Shown: positions 25,399 through 39,989 of the stretch, one piece after another
Layout: every line of letters begins with the position of its first letter
Numbering within the stretch: the stretch's first letter is position 1
Source of the DNA: the human T2T-CHM13v2.0 reference genome, Homo sapiens
Assembly (NCBI RefSeq): GCF_009914755.1
Contig: NC_060925.1
Length of the DNA: 64,000 nucleotides
Reading direction: 5' to 3' (one strand)
Translations under genes and position numbers: made by a program
The notes under the pieces: model-generated
Databases searched by the model: none
What the model was told of the DNA's origin: nothing
Seen by the model: the letters and a program-made list of their open reading frames with translations, nothing else

Positions 25399-28300
25399 AA
25401 ACCTTGGTGGCTTTTGAAGAAGTATTTATGGGTTTCATCCTCATCTGGATTTTCCCATCATCAGGAATGAGTGGCAACTGCGGGGAGAAGGATGTGGATG
25501 TGTCTCTGATTTTCACAGCATGAAGACAGAATAAGTCTACCATTTTCTATTCCTCTATAATCTTGGTCTCTTAGAATAGCTATAGCCTTCAGCAATGATG
25601 GAGAAGCAGGGTTCTGTGGGATGAAGCAATTAGCCATGTTCTAGGAGAGAGGGAAGAGCCAATAAGGAGGGTGTTCTCTCCTCTCTCTCAGTTGCCAGAG
25701 CTCAGCCTGAAAGGGATTCCCTTCCTCTGCTCTCCCGCCACCGTGGTGCTTCCCTATGTTACACTATGTTGTGGTCCATGGTTTAGTTCTCCAAACAGGA
25801 GAACTACCCCTGGCACAAAGAGGGCCTTGATTAATATCTAAACACTGAATGAGCAACGGAAAACACCAGTGCTTCTTGTCTTAGAGCCGAGAAACTTCTG
25901 AGGTTGCAGAATAACCTGTGAAGTTTTTTCTTTTATAAAGATAGGAATAACAATAGCATCTATGCAAAGAATTGCAAGGATCATGAGAGATAATTTGTGT
26001 CATTCACTTTGCATGATGCCTGGCATATGACAAGTCCTTGATAGAAGTTTGCTATTACTAAGGGCCTGCTTCCTATGGCTTCTTTAAGAGCTGCTGTGTG
26101 TAAATGGCCCTCAGAGCCTCTTTGAGGGCTCTGGACTAAGAGGAAAGAAGAACTCTGGTGCAGGGACCCAAATAAGCTCTATCAGTTCTCACTGCAGTAG
26201 GGGCTTGACGGTGGAATTAACAAAGTGCCTTAGGTTTACTGCCAGTTCCCTGACAGCCTGATTTCCCATGTATTGTGTACCAGATGAGACATAAGGGATT
26301 GTGAAGGCAAATGAAAAGCAGGATATTGTTTACTGGGGCCAATATAAATATGTTTGTGGGGAGAGGAGAACAAAGACCTCAAAGCCTGTTGTTGACAGAA
26401 ACCACGCTAGTGTTTAATACATGACGTCATCCTAGTAAAAATAATAGTTCCCACAGGTCTGCCAGGGAATGGGAGAGCCGGGGTTATCTGTACCCACACA
26501 TGCCAGGAACCTCAGGGGTGCTGGCAACTGGTATATGATCCTGACCCAGCTTCCAACTAGCTCCATGGCATGTCTGAGGGAGGGGCTTCGTGGATAGTAT
26601 CCTACTCTGAGTTCCAAACACACAGATCCCAACGTCTGGATTCCACCTCTGCTAGACACCAGCTTGTAGCAGAGACCTTAGCTGGGAGCCTGGTTTTTCC
26701 CAAATGTAAATTCAGATAAGAATTCAACCCCTACTAGAGTAGTTGTGATGAAAAAACAAGATAAATAAAATAAACAAGATTTAAAGGAAATGCTAACTGC
26801 AAGAGAGCCTTTGGTATTCATGGTAGCCTCACCCACTTCTGTGTGCTCCTCTCTCACCTATGCAGAAGCATTGAAATTCCAGGCTTCATCTCCAGTCTCA
26901 CCACCCTGAACCCCTACTTTGCTTAGCTTCCCTCCTCTATGTAAATTTGTTTTATTTATTTAGGCCTTTTGTAAGGTGTGTGAAGGTATCTGGGCTAAGA
27001 GAGTGGAAGGTCAGTGAACCCCTGAGAAAATACTAGCCACTTGGGGGTCCTCATTCTTGCCCAATCAGTCAGAAGATCCAACTACTCCTCTGTGTGCCCC
27101 TTCCTGCTCCATGTGCTCCTTTATTTTACCCATTTTTCTCCATGGTAAATGCAAGTGTAAGGCTTTGAAGGCACAGGGGAGCCTCTACAAGCCCTGAGTG
27201 GAAATTCGCAGCCAGTATGTGAAAGCATGACTTCAATTTTTTGAAGACTGGGCCCTAAGAACTGGACATGATGAAGCTTACCAGTTTGCCAATCTTCACC
27301 TTCTGTTTTCTTCCCCTGAGAGTTTCCACTAGAAATTCCCCAGCTTTGGTTTGAGTGCTTGGCTCTGTAATCTTGGAGACACTCTGCATACACCCCACAA
27401 TTAAGACATCGCAACTCCATGCAATGTTTCTTCAGAGAAAGTTAGATGCAATTAGATCATTTGAAGATGGATTAGCCTGCCATCTGCACAATATTAAGAA
27501 AAATCATGTTGGCAAATGATGGGGCCTCTTTGAAGAGCTCTGAAGGAAAGCCACTAATGGGCTCTACACTGGGTTTCCCCCCTGTTCCCGAAGGGTTAAC
27601 ACAATGTGTGGGAAAGGAAAAAAAAATCCCCTGTGGCATTAAAATGCTGTGTCAGAGATTTGTAAGCTCCCCTTTGTAGCTCTGCCCTGGGGCCTGGCTC
27701 ACTTCAGTGGAGATGAGGTTAATAAGACCTCTGTTGCTGCTTGGCAGTTCTTAACGGGGTTACAGTCTGGTGCCTGACCAGTGAAGGACAGTTATTATTA
27801 AAGTGCTGAGGAATTTAATTCAATAAGGTCAGGGACATCTGCTGTGCTTGCTTGCCCAATGTCCATTTATTCTTCTTTTTACAAGAACTGCTTGCTTTTC
27901 CTTTGCGGAAAACCACCTCATGCCCATTCTGTCTAGGTGGAGCTGACCCTTACCTAAATCAGGGTGGCCACATGACCAAGCCAGCCCAGTTAGTGTATTT
28001 GGGTATCCAACCGTGCCCCAAAGTCACTGGACTTGTCAGTTACATAAGCCTATAAACACCTTTACCCCTCAACCCTCATTTTTCTTTTTCAGCTTCTGCA
28101 AGGTGGAGTAGCTACATTAACTATTTAAGGGATTAAATGGCATGAAGTATAATTAGATAGAAACTAAACTCTGTGGGAAGTCAAGAGAGGGAGAGGTTGA
28201 TGTGGGTGGGTGGGCTTCCTGGCAGAGGCTGAACTTGAACTGATCTTAAAGGATGGAGAGGATTAGGTGAGACCAAGAGAATGCAGAACTCTGTGCAAGG

Positions 28301-28534
28301 CACAGAGGGAGGGAGAACTCAGTTAAAATGAAGATCTGTGGACAAGAAATGAAAAGTGGGTTTTGACAAATAGAGGCAGGGAAAATGCCAGAGGACTTGG
28401 AATCCCAGGATGAGAAGTTTGAACTTACCTGGATAGTTCCCCAGTGTGGACTTATGTATGGGTGGGGAAAATCCACACCAGATTGTGCTACCAGTTTGGG
28501 CAAGTATATGACTCTATGCCTTACCTGTGTTAGA

Positions 28535-28835
28535 GACTGGCACAGGTGCAGGCAGGGCACTAACCTTGGCTCCGCCACTTAATAACTGAGCAACAATGGG
28601 GGAGTTACTTAACCTCCAAATCTCAATTTTTTTCCATCTGCACAATGAAGATAAATAATAACCTGACATTCAGTGTTTGTGAGGATAAAATGAGATAACC
28701 TACGTGGGAGCCCTTAGGATAGTACCTGGCACATGATAATAATAGTAGATAATATCTGTTGAGTGCTTATTAGTGTTCCCGAGGCACTGTGCTAAGCTCC
28801 TGACATACCTTATCTCATTTAATCCTCCCAATAGC
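28535..28835. repeat. Two adjacent MIRs in opposite orientation
   Basis: gagttacttaacctc...tgtgaggataaaatgagataa (+), then ttgagtgctta...ggcactgtgctaagc...tctcatttaatcctc (-). Confidence 0.7.
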
Positions 28836-31800
28836 CAGTGCTTTAAAAATGTTGGCTGAATCCGATTTGGGGTAACCTTGTCATTCCTGTGCTTGATCAA
28901 ACAATAAGCTTATCAGACATTTACTGTCCAATGAGAGCTGAATACATAATCTGAATATTCAAGTTCTAATTTCTTAATACACACCCTAAAATGTTTTAAA
29001 TTTAATAAAATTACACTTCAGAACATCTAGAGAATAGAGTAAAAAAAATGTACATATAACTTCACTAACCACAACAGAACCATGTTTTTCTAATATAGAG
29101 GGGGTTAAGATTATCTGCTTTTAGGCCCACCAGATCACCACAGTGTGATCTGGGGCAAGTTACTTTATCTTCTCTCAGCCTTAGTTTCCTCATCTGTCCT
29201 TATACGATGTTTCTAGAAGCTTCTTCATAGGGGTTTTTTGTTTTGTTTTTGGCAAGGTTTAAGAGTGATAATTCATGCTGTATGGAGCATCTGACACATA
29301 ATACACCATCAATGTTAGCTCCTATGAATGCCTCCAGTCACTGTCCTATACATTTTCCCTGTGATTGCAATAACCGTGTATATGCAGTTGCATCCTTATT
29401 TTTTCACTTAACACTGTATCTCAGGCATCTTTATAAGTAACAAGATCTCCCTGTCCCTCATTCCTAATGTATATGTTCTCCTAAAATCACTTTAAGTGTA
29501 TCAACTTGCTCTTGCTTCATCTTTTAAAAACATGTATAAGTAATGCTACACTCCACACCTTTACGCTTAATGGCTCTAAGAGTTCACGTTTCAGTGCACC
29601 ATCTCTTTGAGTTCAAATTATGGTTCTGCCCACACCTTTTCAGAATGTGGTGAGAATGAATGACACCCAAGTCAGGAAAGGCCTTTGACAAATTGCAGAT
29701 TATGCTGGCTTGATAAGTGACCACAGGAAAGTATGATTGTCACTTTTCCAGCAGTGGGTTTCCTCCAGTGTGATATTCTGTGCCTCACCTATCAAGAGGT
29801 GTTACTGTGGGTCTTCCTGTCAGCTCAGTTCTCCTACCCTTCTTGCTGACAGAGGAAGAAGAATCCCACTACCTTTTAGCTGGAGGTTATTCTCCTGATC
29901 TCACTGAATCTTATTTCTTGGAGTAGCAAGGAATCTGCAAAACAATTTGAGGCTGTCTTTCTGTTGCAAATCAAAGCCCCAACCTCTTATTTGGGTCTTA
30001 GAGCAAGAGTTCCCCAAGTACTTTGAAATTGGACCCTTCTGTACACACCTGGAGTCACCAGTAAGCCTTGCCCATAGATTCCCTGGTGGATGGACACACA
30101 AAGCTAAGGGCAAAGGTGACCTTTTCATTTCTTCTTCAGGTCCTACAATGCCTTTGAAATCTTTATGATCTGCACCTTCAGGGATTATACAAACAGCTTG
30201 AGGAAATCCTAAAATTGTGTTTTCTCCAGATAAGCATCCAGGTCAAAGGAAAGACCTCTGCATGCCTTCCTGATAGAAAGAAACTTGCCTCAATTTAGAG
30301 AATGCCACCAAGAACAAAATTGGCATGCAGCCATTTGTGCAGTGCATTAAAAACCAGTTTACAAATAGTGGTACAATTCTGGAAGTGTCAGACCTCATAG
30401 TGTGGTGTAGTGGAAGTCCACAGACTATTTACCATATTTCAAATGTCTTACTGTTTTTAAACAGCAGCACAGGATAACCAGAGTAACACATTTCTTTGTT
30501 TCTGTCTCGAATAACATCAATTAAGTAAAAATAAAATTTATTATCATGCAAGTTATAAGCTTTCCTTGGCAATTATATTTTGATATATTTATATGCTAAT
30601 TTTAACAAATTTTGGTTAACATATCTTACAGCAGTATTTTTTATATTAATAATGGTAAGAGGAACAGTTACTTTTTTACTTAGCTATTAGTTAATTGAGA
30701 TTATTTTAAAAGCTGTGTGACGTTGGAAAACTGATTAACTAATACAGGTATTTATAAGATGTTTGGTCTAAAATAAGGTATTTAAACTACCTGAGCCTCA
30801 GTTTCCTCATATAGAAAAAATATACCCTCCTCATATGGCTGTTATAGGGGAAAAAGACACAATATGCAAAGCACATAGTACGGAGGCAAAGTATCTGGCA
30901 CATAGTATGGTTCAATAGATAAATAATTTTCCCATAGAAACTGCAAATTTATATATGAGACAAAAAACATTTCAAGTATATGTTCTTGAGGGCAGGGAGA
31001 TGTAAGGTTTTTAAAGGTTCTTTGATAAAAAGGTTGGAGCATGGCTCTTTGGCTCTGATCACTCCATTGGATACTTAAAACAATGTTCAACTCTGTCATC
31101 AGAATGAAATGTCCACTGATTCATCTCCATTTCTTAACTACCAAGCAACGTTCTTTTGAGGGCTTTCACACCCTCACGTATCCTTTCCACCTGAACCTCA
31201 GTGGCTGACTTTACCCCAGGCCCTGAAGGCAGAGGTGGAGCTGAGCTCTGTGTCTGGGAAGAGAGAAGCAGGCACGTCCTCTGATCCTTGCCCAAGGGCC
31301 TGCTTTGTGAGTGGGGCATCAATGCCGCTTTTGTTCCACCTTTAGCGTCTGGCCCACAGCTGAACTCAAAGAGGCTGGCTGCTCGGGGCAACCCTGGCCC
31401 ACAAAGGACAGACAGCACCAAGCCCAGCCAAGGGTTCACTCAAGACCCCAAGATCCAGCACGGTGGTTCTCCCCACTGGGGAGGCAGCCTCAGGGAACAT
31501 TCTGTCTGCCTTTGGCATTCTAAACCATTTCTAATTTCATGAAGATAAGTCAGAGGTTTTAAATGTGATATCACTGCTGAAAAGGCCAGAGCCATCAGCG
31601 TAGAACCAGCATGTCCTTGCTAATTACAATACACAATCATTGCCTTATGTTGATGCAGTCATTTGCTCATTCATCAGCTATTAATTGAGTTCCTACTATG
31701 TGCTCAATGTGATGCTCAATGTGAGGGACATGGAGGTGAAAAGATGATGTCCCTGCCCTTAACTCTCTGGTGTACTGGCAAATAAACTGTCACCTGCTAA

Positions 31801-33158
31801 GACAAATAGAACATAATATCTGGACACTATAACAAAAACCTGGAGAAGCAGAAACAGTCTACATAAGGGGCCAATAATAACCATTGCTACAGTTGATCAA
31901 GCATTTGCTGTGTGCCACTCACTGTGCTAAGCACTTAGTGTGTATTATCTCATTTAATTCTTAAAACACAGCTATAATAGTAGTTTGATTCTCTTCCTAT
32001 CTCTCTGGGAAAGGCCATGCAAAGAAAATGGCATGTGAGGGTCTTGGAAAAAGAATAGGAGTTTGCCAACTAGACAAGCAGGGGAGATCATTGCGGGCAC
32101 AGGAAACAAAAATGATCTGTTTGGAGAACTGCAGATCTTTGGTATGTGTGGAGCAAAGGGAATATGCAGGGCCTCGTGTGAGAATAGTGATTGCAGTGAA
32201 GTGAGAACTAAGTGGGATGAAGCTTCAAATGTGGAAGACTGTAAGCAGAGCTAAGATGTCGAGGAAGGAGACTCGGTAGGATAGTGCTTCAGTTAGAAGG
32301 AGGGATGGCCACGTTTGTTGGTTCACTTTTGAGATGCAGAGCCTATTCCTAGGGTAGGCTATGAGAAGGGAACAATGAGAGGGAGAAACTAAAAATGCCG
32401 GACAGAGAGTGACTAGTGGAGACAGGACCTCACCCTCCTCTGATTGGAAGAAAGATAAGAAGAGAACCAAAGACATAGACACATTCTAAGAATAGGTGTT
32501 GGGAGGCAGAACACAGGTAAGAGGGGGCAGAAGGAAAAGATACGATCTTAAGAGTTGTACCTGCATGACGCCTGATGTCTCTGAGGTTAAAGGCAAGTCC
32601 AACAAGGAGAGTGAGAGGTGACAGAGTATTATAGAGGCCTTGGTGAAAGGAGTAAAAGTTTGGAGTCATTGTTGAGTACGATGATGAGGTGCTGATAACA
32701 CAAACTCTTGATTTCGAGGAAGGAGTGTTCAAAGGAGGAGGAGGAAAATGACTGCTAGAGAGAAAGGTGATGGATGGCATGTGAAAATAGTTGAGTGTGC
32801 TGAGAATCGTTGATTAGAGTGGCGAAAGGTAATGAAGGGAAGACTTAATAGGTGATTTCAGGTTCAGACATCTGAATGAGGGCATGGACCTATTCCATGC
32901 AGCTTCAGGAGACAGAACGAGGTCCAACAAGTGGTCATTCCTAGGAGACAGATTCTCTACCCCCAAACATTAAACATTAAAACATGTAAGTAAGTGTACA
33001 TTAAAAACATTAAAATGTGTAAGTAAGTAGCACTATCCAGCAATGGAATAATCTGCCTCTTGAAGGATTTCAATCATCTGCCAAGGATGTTGTGCTGGAA
33101 ATTTGGTATGCTTAATTAGATGGCTTCTTCTATCTTTTTTAATACTAACATATCATAG

Positions 33159-33563
<405 letters not shown>

Positions 33564-33974
33564 TTGATTGGAATTTTCAGTAAGATTTATGCAGTTTAAG
33601 AACTGTGGAAACAATCTTGATTTTTTTTTTTATTCCAGGAGGATTTTTGTTAAGATTAGCAGAAGCCATGCTCTAGTTTGAGAAAAATACACATGGTATT
33701 ATTGAGTTAACAGGCATGATGTGTATATAATACTTACTATGGAGAGGGCTTCTTTCTATAATTAAGGCAGAATGCCCATCCCTTCTCATTGTGGATCTGG
33801 AGAGGACCCTTAGCTGGGATGACTAAAGGAGGAGCCTCTGTTCTTACCTGATTTGGAGTCCTCTTCTCATCATGAAAGATGTTTGCGCATCTTTCATGCC
33901 CTGTACCTTTCTTTTCATTTGCCCCCTGCATTTGGGATTGGTTGCTTTCTTTTTTGGAACCTATGAGACTATTT

Positions 33975-34190
33975 CAGTGGTTCTCAACTGAGGGTGATTT
34001 TGACCCTCAGAGGGCATTTGACAATATCTAGAGATATTTTTGATTGTCATGACTGGAGAGGGATGCTGCTGGCATCTGGTGGGTAGAAGGCAGGGATGCT
34101 GCTCAAAGCCCTACAGCGCACAGGACAGCCGCTCTCAACAAAGAATCAGCCAGCCCAAAATGACAATAGTGCTGAGGTTAAGAGACCATG
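33975..34190 (+). mobile_element. MER20 (hAT-Charlie MITE)
   Basis: cagtggttctcaac...gggtgattttgaccc...ggcatctggtgggtaga...aatagtgctgaggttaaga. Strand is relative to the other two MER20 copies. Confidence 0.88.
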
Positions 34191-35276
34191 GTCTGTTTTT
34201 AAGTCTTCCTTCTAAATCAGCTGCCACCAATACACTCTGTAAAACCCCAGATGCCTACTTTTATTTTCTAATTTAAGAACTGTTGTGTGGTTGAATACTC
34301 TGTCTCTGTGAACTCTACCCCCACCCATCCCGTTCTTCATGCTGTAGCAATAAGAAGGACATTTTAAACTCCCTTTGACCAGAAAAGTCACTTTTGGTTA
34401 GGGTCCAAACAAGAAACACATCCCTCCCTGGATAAAGGCAGAGATGCCACAGCTTGCAGAGAAAAAACATCAGACATTTCCCAATGGCAGCAACTCTGGG
34501 CCAAGAGTACGGATGGAGGACAAGCTACAGATACAGCCACATGGTGCCCTTCATTTGCTTTTGAGTAGGAGCTCACACTGTCTTTAAAAGATTGGACAGT
34601 AGAGCTCAGCCATGAAGGGCCCCTGTAGCCTTTCCAAGCCAGGATAAGACCAAGACGGTGGTATGAAAGCAACTGTGACTTTGGCACAAATACAGACTGA
34701 GAAAATGGTACCTGACTAGGTTACTCTTATGACCCTCTGAGAATCCCCACACAGCACATGCTAACATGTACCTACACCTCTGTGTCCCAAATTAGGCTGA
34801 AGTTTTCAGTTAGCCAGATCATAAATTAGGCCTTTGTAGCTCTAAGATCCCCTACCCCTGAAGAATCCTAGGAAAGCCTCCCTTACTACACTTCATGACT
34901 CAGCATTGATAGCCTGCTCCAACAGAAATAGCCCAAGGCTGAGATTTCCCTTCTCATCCCTTATGTTTTTCAGGCTGAGCAGTCATAGGGAAATCATTCA
35001 AACTCTTAGAACCTAGGTTTTCTTATCTCTGAAATGAAGACATCGACCTTCCAATTTCTGGGAACCTGTATTGAAAAAGTACTCTCAAATACGGACATAA
35101 TTTTATGTACAAAGTTACTTATTGCTTCATTATTTAATGTTAGACATATTGTGAAATAGATTAAATATGACACATTTATAGAATGGAACATTATGTACCC
35201 ATGAAAAAATAATATACATGAAGAGTTTCATTGGCTGTGAAAAATGCTTGTGCTCTAATGTCAAGAATAAGAAGCA

Positions 35277-35565
35277 GGCCGGGCTTGGTGGCTCACACCT
35301 ATAATCCCAGCACTTTAGGAGGCTGAGGTGGGAGGATTGCTTGGGCTCAGGAGTTCGAGACCAGCCTGAGCAACATAGGGAGACTCTACAAAAAATAAAA
35401 AAATTAGCCAGGTTTGGTGGCCCATGCCTGTGGTGCCAGCTACTCAGCAGGTTGAGATGGGGGGATTGCTTGAGCCTGGGAGATCGAGGCTGCAGTGAGC
35501 CATGATTGCACCGTTGCACTCCAGCCTAGGTGACAGCGCGAGACACTGTCAAAAAAAAAAAAAAA
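35277..35565 (+). mobile_element. AluJ within an old L1ME-like remnant (~35060-35800)
   Basis: ggaggattgcttgggctcagg, gaggctgcagtgagccatgattg. Confidence 0.9.
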
Positions 35566-36329
35566 GCGGCAAAATATAACACCCCCCACACACATACACA
35601 AACACACATTTATATGCTTATAGTATGATCTCAATTCTATAAAATATGTATAGAAAAAAGTCTGGAGGGAAACCAAACTATTACCAAGAGTTTATACTTT
35701 GTTTTATGTTAGTATGTTTATAACGTTTTTAATAAAAATAAAGCTGAGGTATACAATAATTCTTTTCCCTTTAAAAGCAGAGCATATAACTCTCAAGATT
35801 GAGAAACACTGATTTACAGCTGTAGACAGAACTGGGGCCAGAGATAAAATTTTGGAGTCATAGATGTTTTAGTAGAGATTGATTACTGGATAAGATCACC
35901 TAGGATGAGCCTGTAGAGTGAGAAGAGATGAGAGCCAAGGCTTGAACCCTGGGAAATACTGACATTTAGGGAATGGATGAGGAAGACAAGCCAGAGAAGG
36001 GAATAAGTTCGTGGCAGTAATCCATATGAGATAATAACCTATATGGATTACCATGGTGGCGTTGGGACATGCAAGGGAATGATAAAGCTGATAGGCATTT
36101 TAAAATAAATTAAGGGTTGTAAATTACATGTACAAGATGAGGGTAATGGAAAAGCCAAATATTACTTAAACCTCTCTAGTTTGGAATATGGAAGAATGCT
36201 GATATCAAGGAAAGCAATGGGATAGTTGAAAGAGATGCATATATGGTAGGAGTGGGGAAGAGGTTAGGCTTAGTCTTGTATGAGTTGGGTTTGAGATCTC
36301 TCTTCAAGAAAATAACTGCTCTAAGAAGT

Positions 36330-36745
36330 GCAGTTATCTGAAAGTCCCCAGCTGCAGCCCCTTGGGGATCGGCCATACCATGCAAGCTGAGGTCACCCTC
36401 TGCCCAGGCAGCTCTCAGCCATGACTAAGCTTAGAAGCAGCATTAGAGCTGATCCTCTCTGCCCATGCGAGCCTCCTCTAGTAAGTAGGCAGTCCTTGCA
36501 CGTGGGCTCCCCACTAGGCTGACCCAGATTCTGAGGGCTGACCTTGGTTTAAGCTCTTCCCATTCAATCTCCCTTCTTCCCACTCTTCTTTCTCAGATAT
36601 CAAGTCTGTATCATGGTCTGAATGCTCTCCCTGCCTGCTCTTCTCTCTCTCCCTCTTTCTCTTCCACAAACACTGCCCCCAGTAAATCTCTTGCACTTTG
36701 AATTCCATCTTGGTATCTGCTTTCCAGAGGACCAGAACCAACACA
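36330..36745 (+). mobile_element. LTR16-like (ERVL) LTR
   Basis: 3' end ccccagtaaatctcttgcac...ccatcttggtatctgctttccagaggacc...aaca typical of the LTR16 group. Confidence 0.7.
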
Positions 36746-39700
36746 AGTGATGGTTACATATCCAAAAGAAATTATTGTGGAAGGAAAATAGTACAGTTCT
36801 TGAAAGCAATCAGGATTGAGGGATAACTGAATCTCAAGAGTCTCCCTAATAGCATAATTAGAGGGAGGAGTGGAGGACAAGGTTTGAATCTTATGTTACA
36901 GTCATAATTGGGAAAGAGTACAGTTAGTCTTGTAATTGGGAAGAGAATTCAGGATGGTGGGGGGAAGTTATTGAAAAAGTAGAAGGAAACTCTGGGAAGT
37001 GTAGGATCATAGAACATGAAATAGAGAGAGAGCTTTTTAGGAACAGGTGATAATCAGCGCAGATGTCATCAAAGAAAATCTGAGTAGGGACTGAGGTCTT
37101 GTATTTAGAGACTGACAGTGTGGCTGGCTGGCCATCAAGTGATTATTTCAGGGAAAGAATGAGAATAGGTGCCAAGTTTACAGGAATGAAAAAGAAACAT
37201 AGTGGGAAATAGCTGGAGGTAATGACAGTAGACCTCACATTGAAAATGTTTGTCCATGAATGAGAGGAGGGAAATTGAGCTAATTAGAGTAATAATTTCC
37301 AAGATTGAGTGTGTGTGTTTTAGGAACACCTAACCATTTCCAGAAGAGGGCTTTAAAGGTGCTAGAGAGAGAGAGAGAAAAAAAAAAAAACAACCATTGT
37401 AGAATTAAAATGCTGAAAGCAGTGGGAAGAGAAAAGCTACTGAGGCCAGAGGGAGGGGTTAGATTTTAAACGGAAGAGAGAAACCTCTTTTCTGGAACGT
37501 GGCAACAAGAAGATGGCAGAAATGACAGAGATATAAGGGGTGAGAGTGAAGAACCTCACGCTTAGAATGTGTTCCTGGTACAAAAGTAACAAGACCAACC
37601 TCTAAGAATAAGAGAATGAGATGGGGAAAATGTGTAAAGAGAGTGGAGATGATCAGGAATGGCTGGTGAGCATACTGTTATTCCTTAAGAAATGTGATGG
37701 GGCAAAGGAAAATCTTGCCTTAAATGCATGAAGTTGGATCTCTGTCAAGTACTGGTCCAAAGGACTGTGACTCTAATTGGTAAGAAAGAACTAATAAGGT
37801 CCTGGCATTTCTCTTACATCTTGAATTTTCCTAGTTCAACTATAACTCAAGTGTTCAGAGAAACAAACTGGCTTTACGCAGTCCACTTTTGTAATTATCA
37901 ACAATCATAGAAAAGGAACTAGTATATAGCTACTTATTTGCTTTGTTTGAATGGCACTGTACTTTATCATAACAATGGGTGATAAAGATGATAAAAATAT
38001 CCAAGAACCACAATGCTCTATGTCAGAACTAGGTTGACTGGAGAAGAAATGCTCTCTGAAGCAAACGTTCTGGATACTCAAAGACTGGATTTGTACAGTG
38101 GTCTTTAGGCGTTATAACTCTGTCCAGGTCTCTCAACACTTACAGCTATCAAGGAAACTTTATTATTGATATTCTACAGAAAAAATCACGATTACTGCAA
38201 GTCTGTAAGCTCTTAAGTATTTTTCCCATTGAAATTATTGTTTCATTAATATAATATATTCAACCTTGTGCTATCTTGGGTATGCAACTCTACAGTTAGA
38301 GCAGATCAAAGGGCAGTAGCCTGAAAGGAGCTGAATGACAAAATCCATGGCATTTCTCATTAGTCTTAGCCAGAAGTGGCTCTTTATGGAGAGGACTCAT
38401 CCTGGTCTTGTGAAGAGAAATGCACTGAAACTGGAAAGGAATGAGCTGGCCACATCAGTTTCTTCAAAGCTGCCAGTTGATATGTCTATGTCTGCAAGTA
38501 TGACTTATGCCTGTTAATTACCCCCCAAACTCCTTCAACAGACAAAGCTCTTTATTCTGCTGACTTTGAAGTATAATTTGGGGATGCCTTGAGAAGGTCA
38601 ACGCGACAGGCCAGCTTTTGCCCTGCAGTGGGCTGTGCAGGTGTGTGCTAGCTGTTGGCTTCCAGGCCTGTTTTATTCCAGCCCTGGCAGAGTTTGCAGG
38701 AATGTCATGAGAAGAGATTTATAATACTTTCTGATTCCATCCAGTTTCAAATAATTTTATGAATAATCTTTCTCATAGCATACTAGTAATTCTACAAGCA
38801 GTCTTGGCCAAAATCAACGGAGTGAGCATGCTTAAGGAAATAATTTTCTTTTTCCTTTTTAAGAAATCATTTTGCTGAAGTTTTACAAACCTCATAAAAA
38901 TTAAGGGTTGGTTTGAATTTGGGAGAAAGACTCACTTTATCTGAACTCATTTGCCAAAAATATTTAAATGAGCACATGCTGGATGTAAAAGTGCCAAAGC
39001 AATAGCATCAATTATGCATTCTCAACCTTCCAGACTTTCCAGAGTCATTAAAAGGCAGCGTTTTCCTACAGGTGTTAATGGGATCCTGCAAAGAGGAAGG
39101 TGGTTTTAGGTAGGATTGTGACAGAGTGGCTCGTGCGTTGGGTGCTATGGAACCCACTGAGGGGCTTCTGACCACAGTCCCATGCAGAGCCAACAATGGC
39201 ATTCGTTGTTATAAGCAAGTGTCAGTCACAAGAGAGCTGCCATTACAGAGTGTTGCCCAGCTTTCCATATTCCCAACATGGCCAGAGGTTTCATTCTTTG
39301 AGAATGTGTTTATTCAGCCTAGTAAAAACATTAAAAAGGGGAATAAATCTCTGCCGACCCCAAAATGCTTTTCACCACAGCTGTAAACCATAAAACATTT
39401 AGAAAGGTAAGCAGGACTAAAGATAATATAGTTTCCCCAAGCAGCAAGGAGGGCAGACCTGGAGGTGGCCCTTGCAAAGACAGCTGCAGTGCACAGAGCT
39501 TCCCTGCAAAATCATTAAGAAAGGGACAGGTTCTATAAGGTGCTAAATTATTATTAGTTTTTTTTTAAGTTGGGGGAGGGCAATAATAAAAACCATGTGC
39601 TCAGCAGCCTGCTTGGCCATATAAAACAGAAAGGCCTGTGACTTTAAGTGTTGTAAAAGGGGTTAATTGTCGATTTCTGAATGTGGCAAGTTTACTGATC

Positions 39701-39989
39701 TTGTTAACAGCAACGGGGCATGTGCCGTTGGTTATCATGGCGGGAAAGAAAAACAGCCATCCATCCCTTATTCCCTGGATGCCGTTATTAGTCTTGGAAC
39801 CCAAGTTAAGGGACATATGGGTGAATGCAGTCTTAAAATTGCTCCTTTCCACCTGTCCAAATTTCTACCCATTCTAAAGCTTCCAGTTCCACCTAACAAC
39901 TGCATTTTTACTGCCATTTTTCAAATGCCTGCTGTGGATCAGTTCCTTTCACACAAAATGTGTTGTCTATTTGTATGACAACCTAATGG

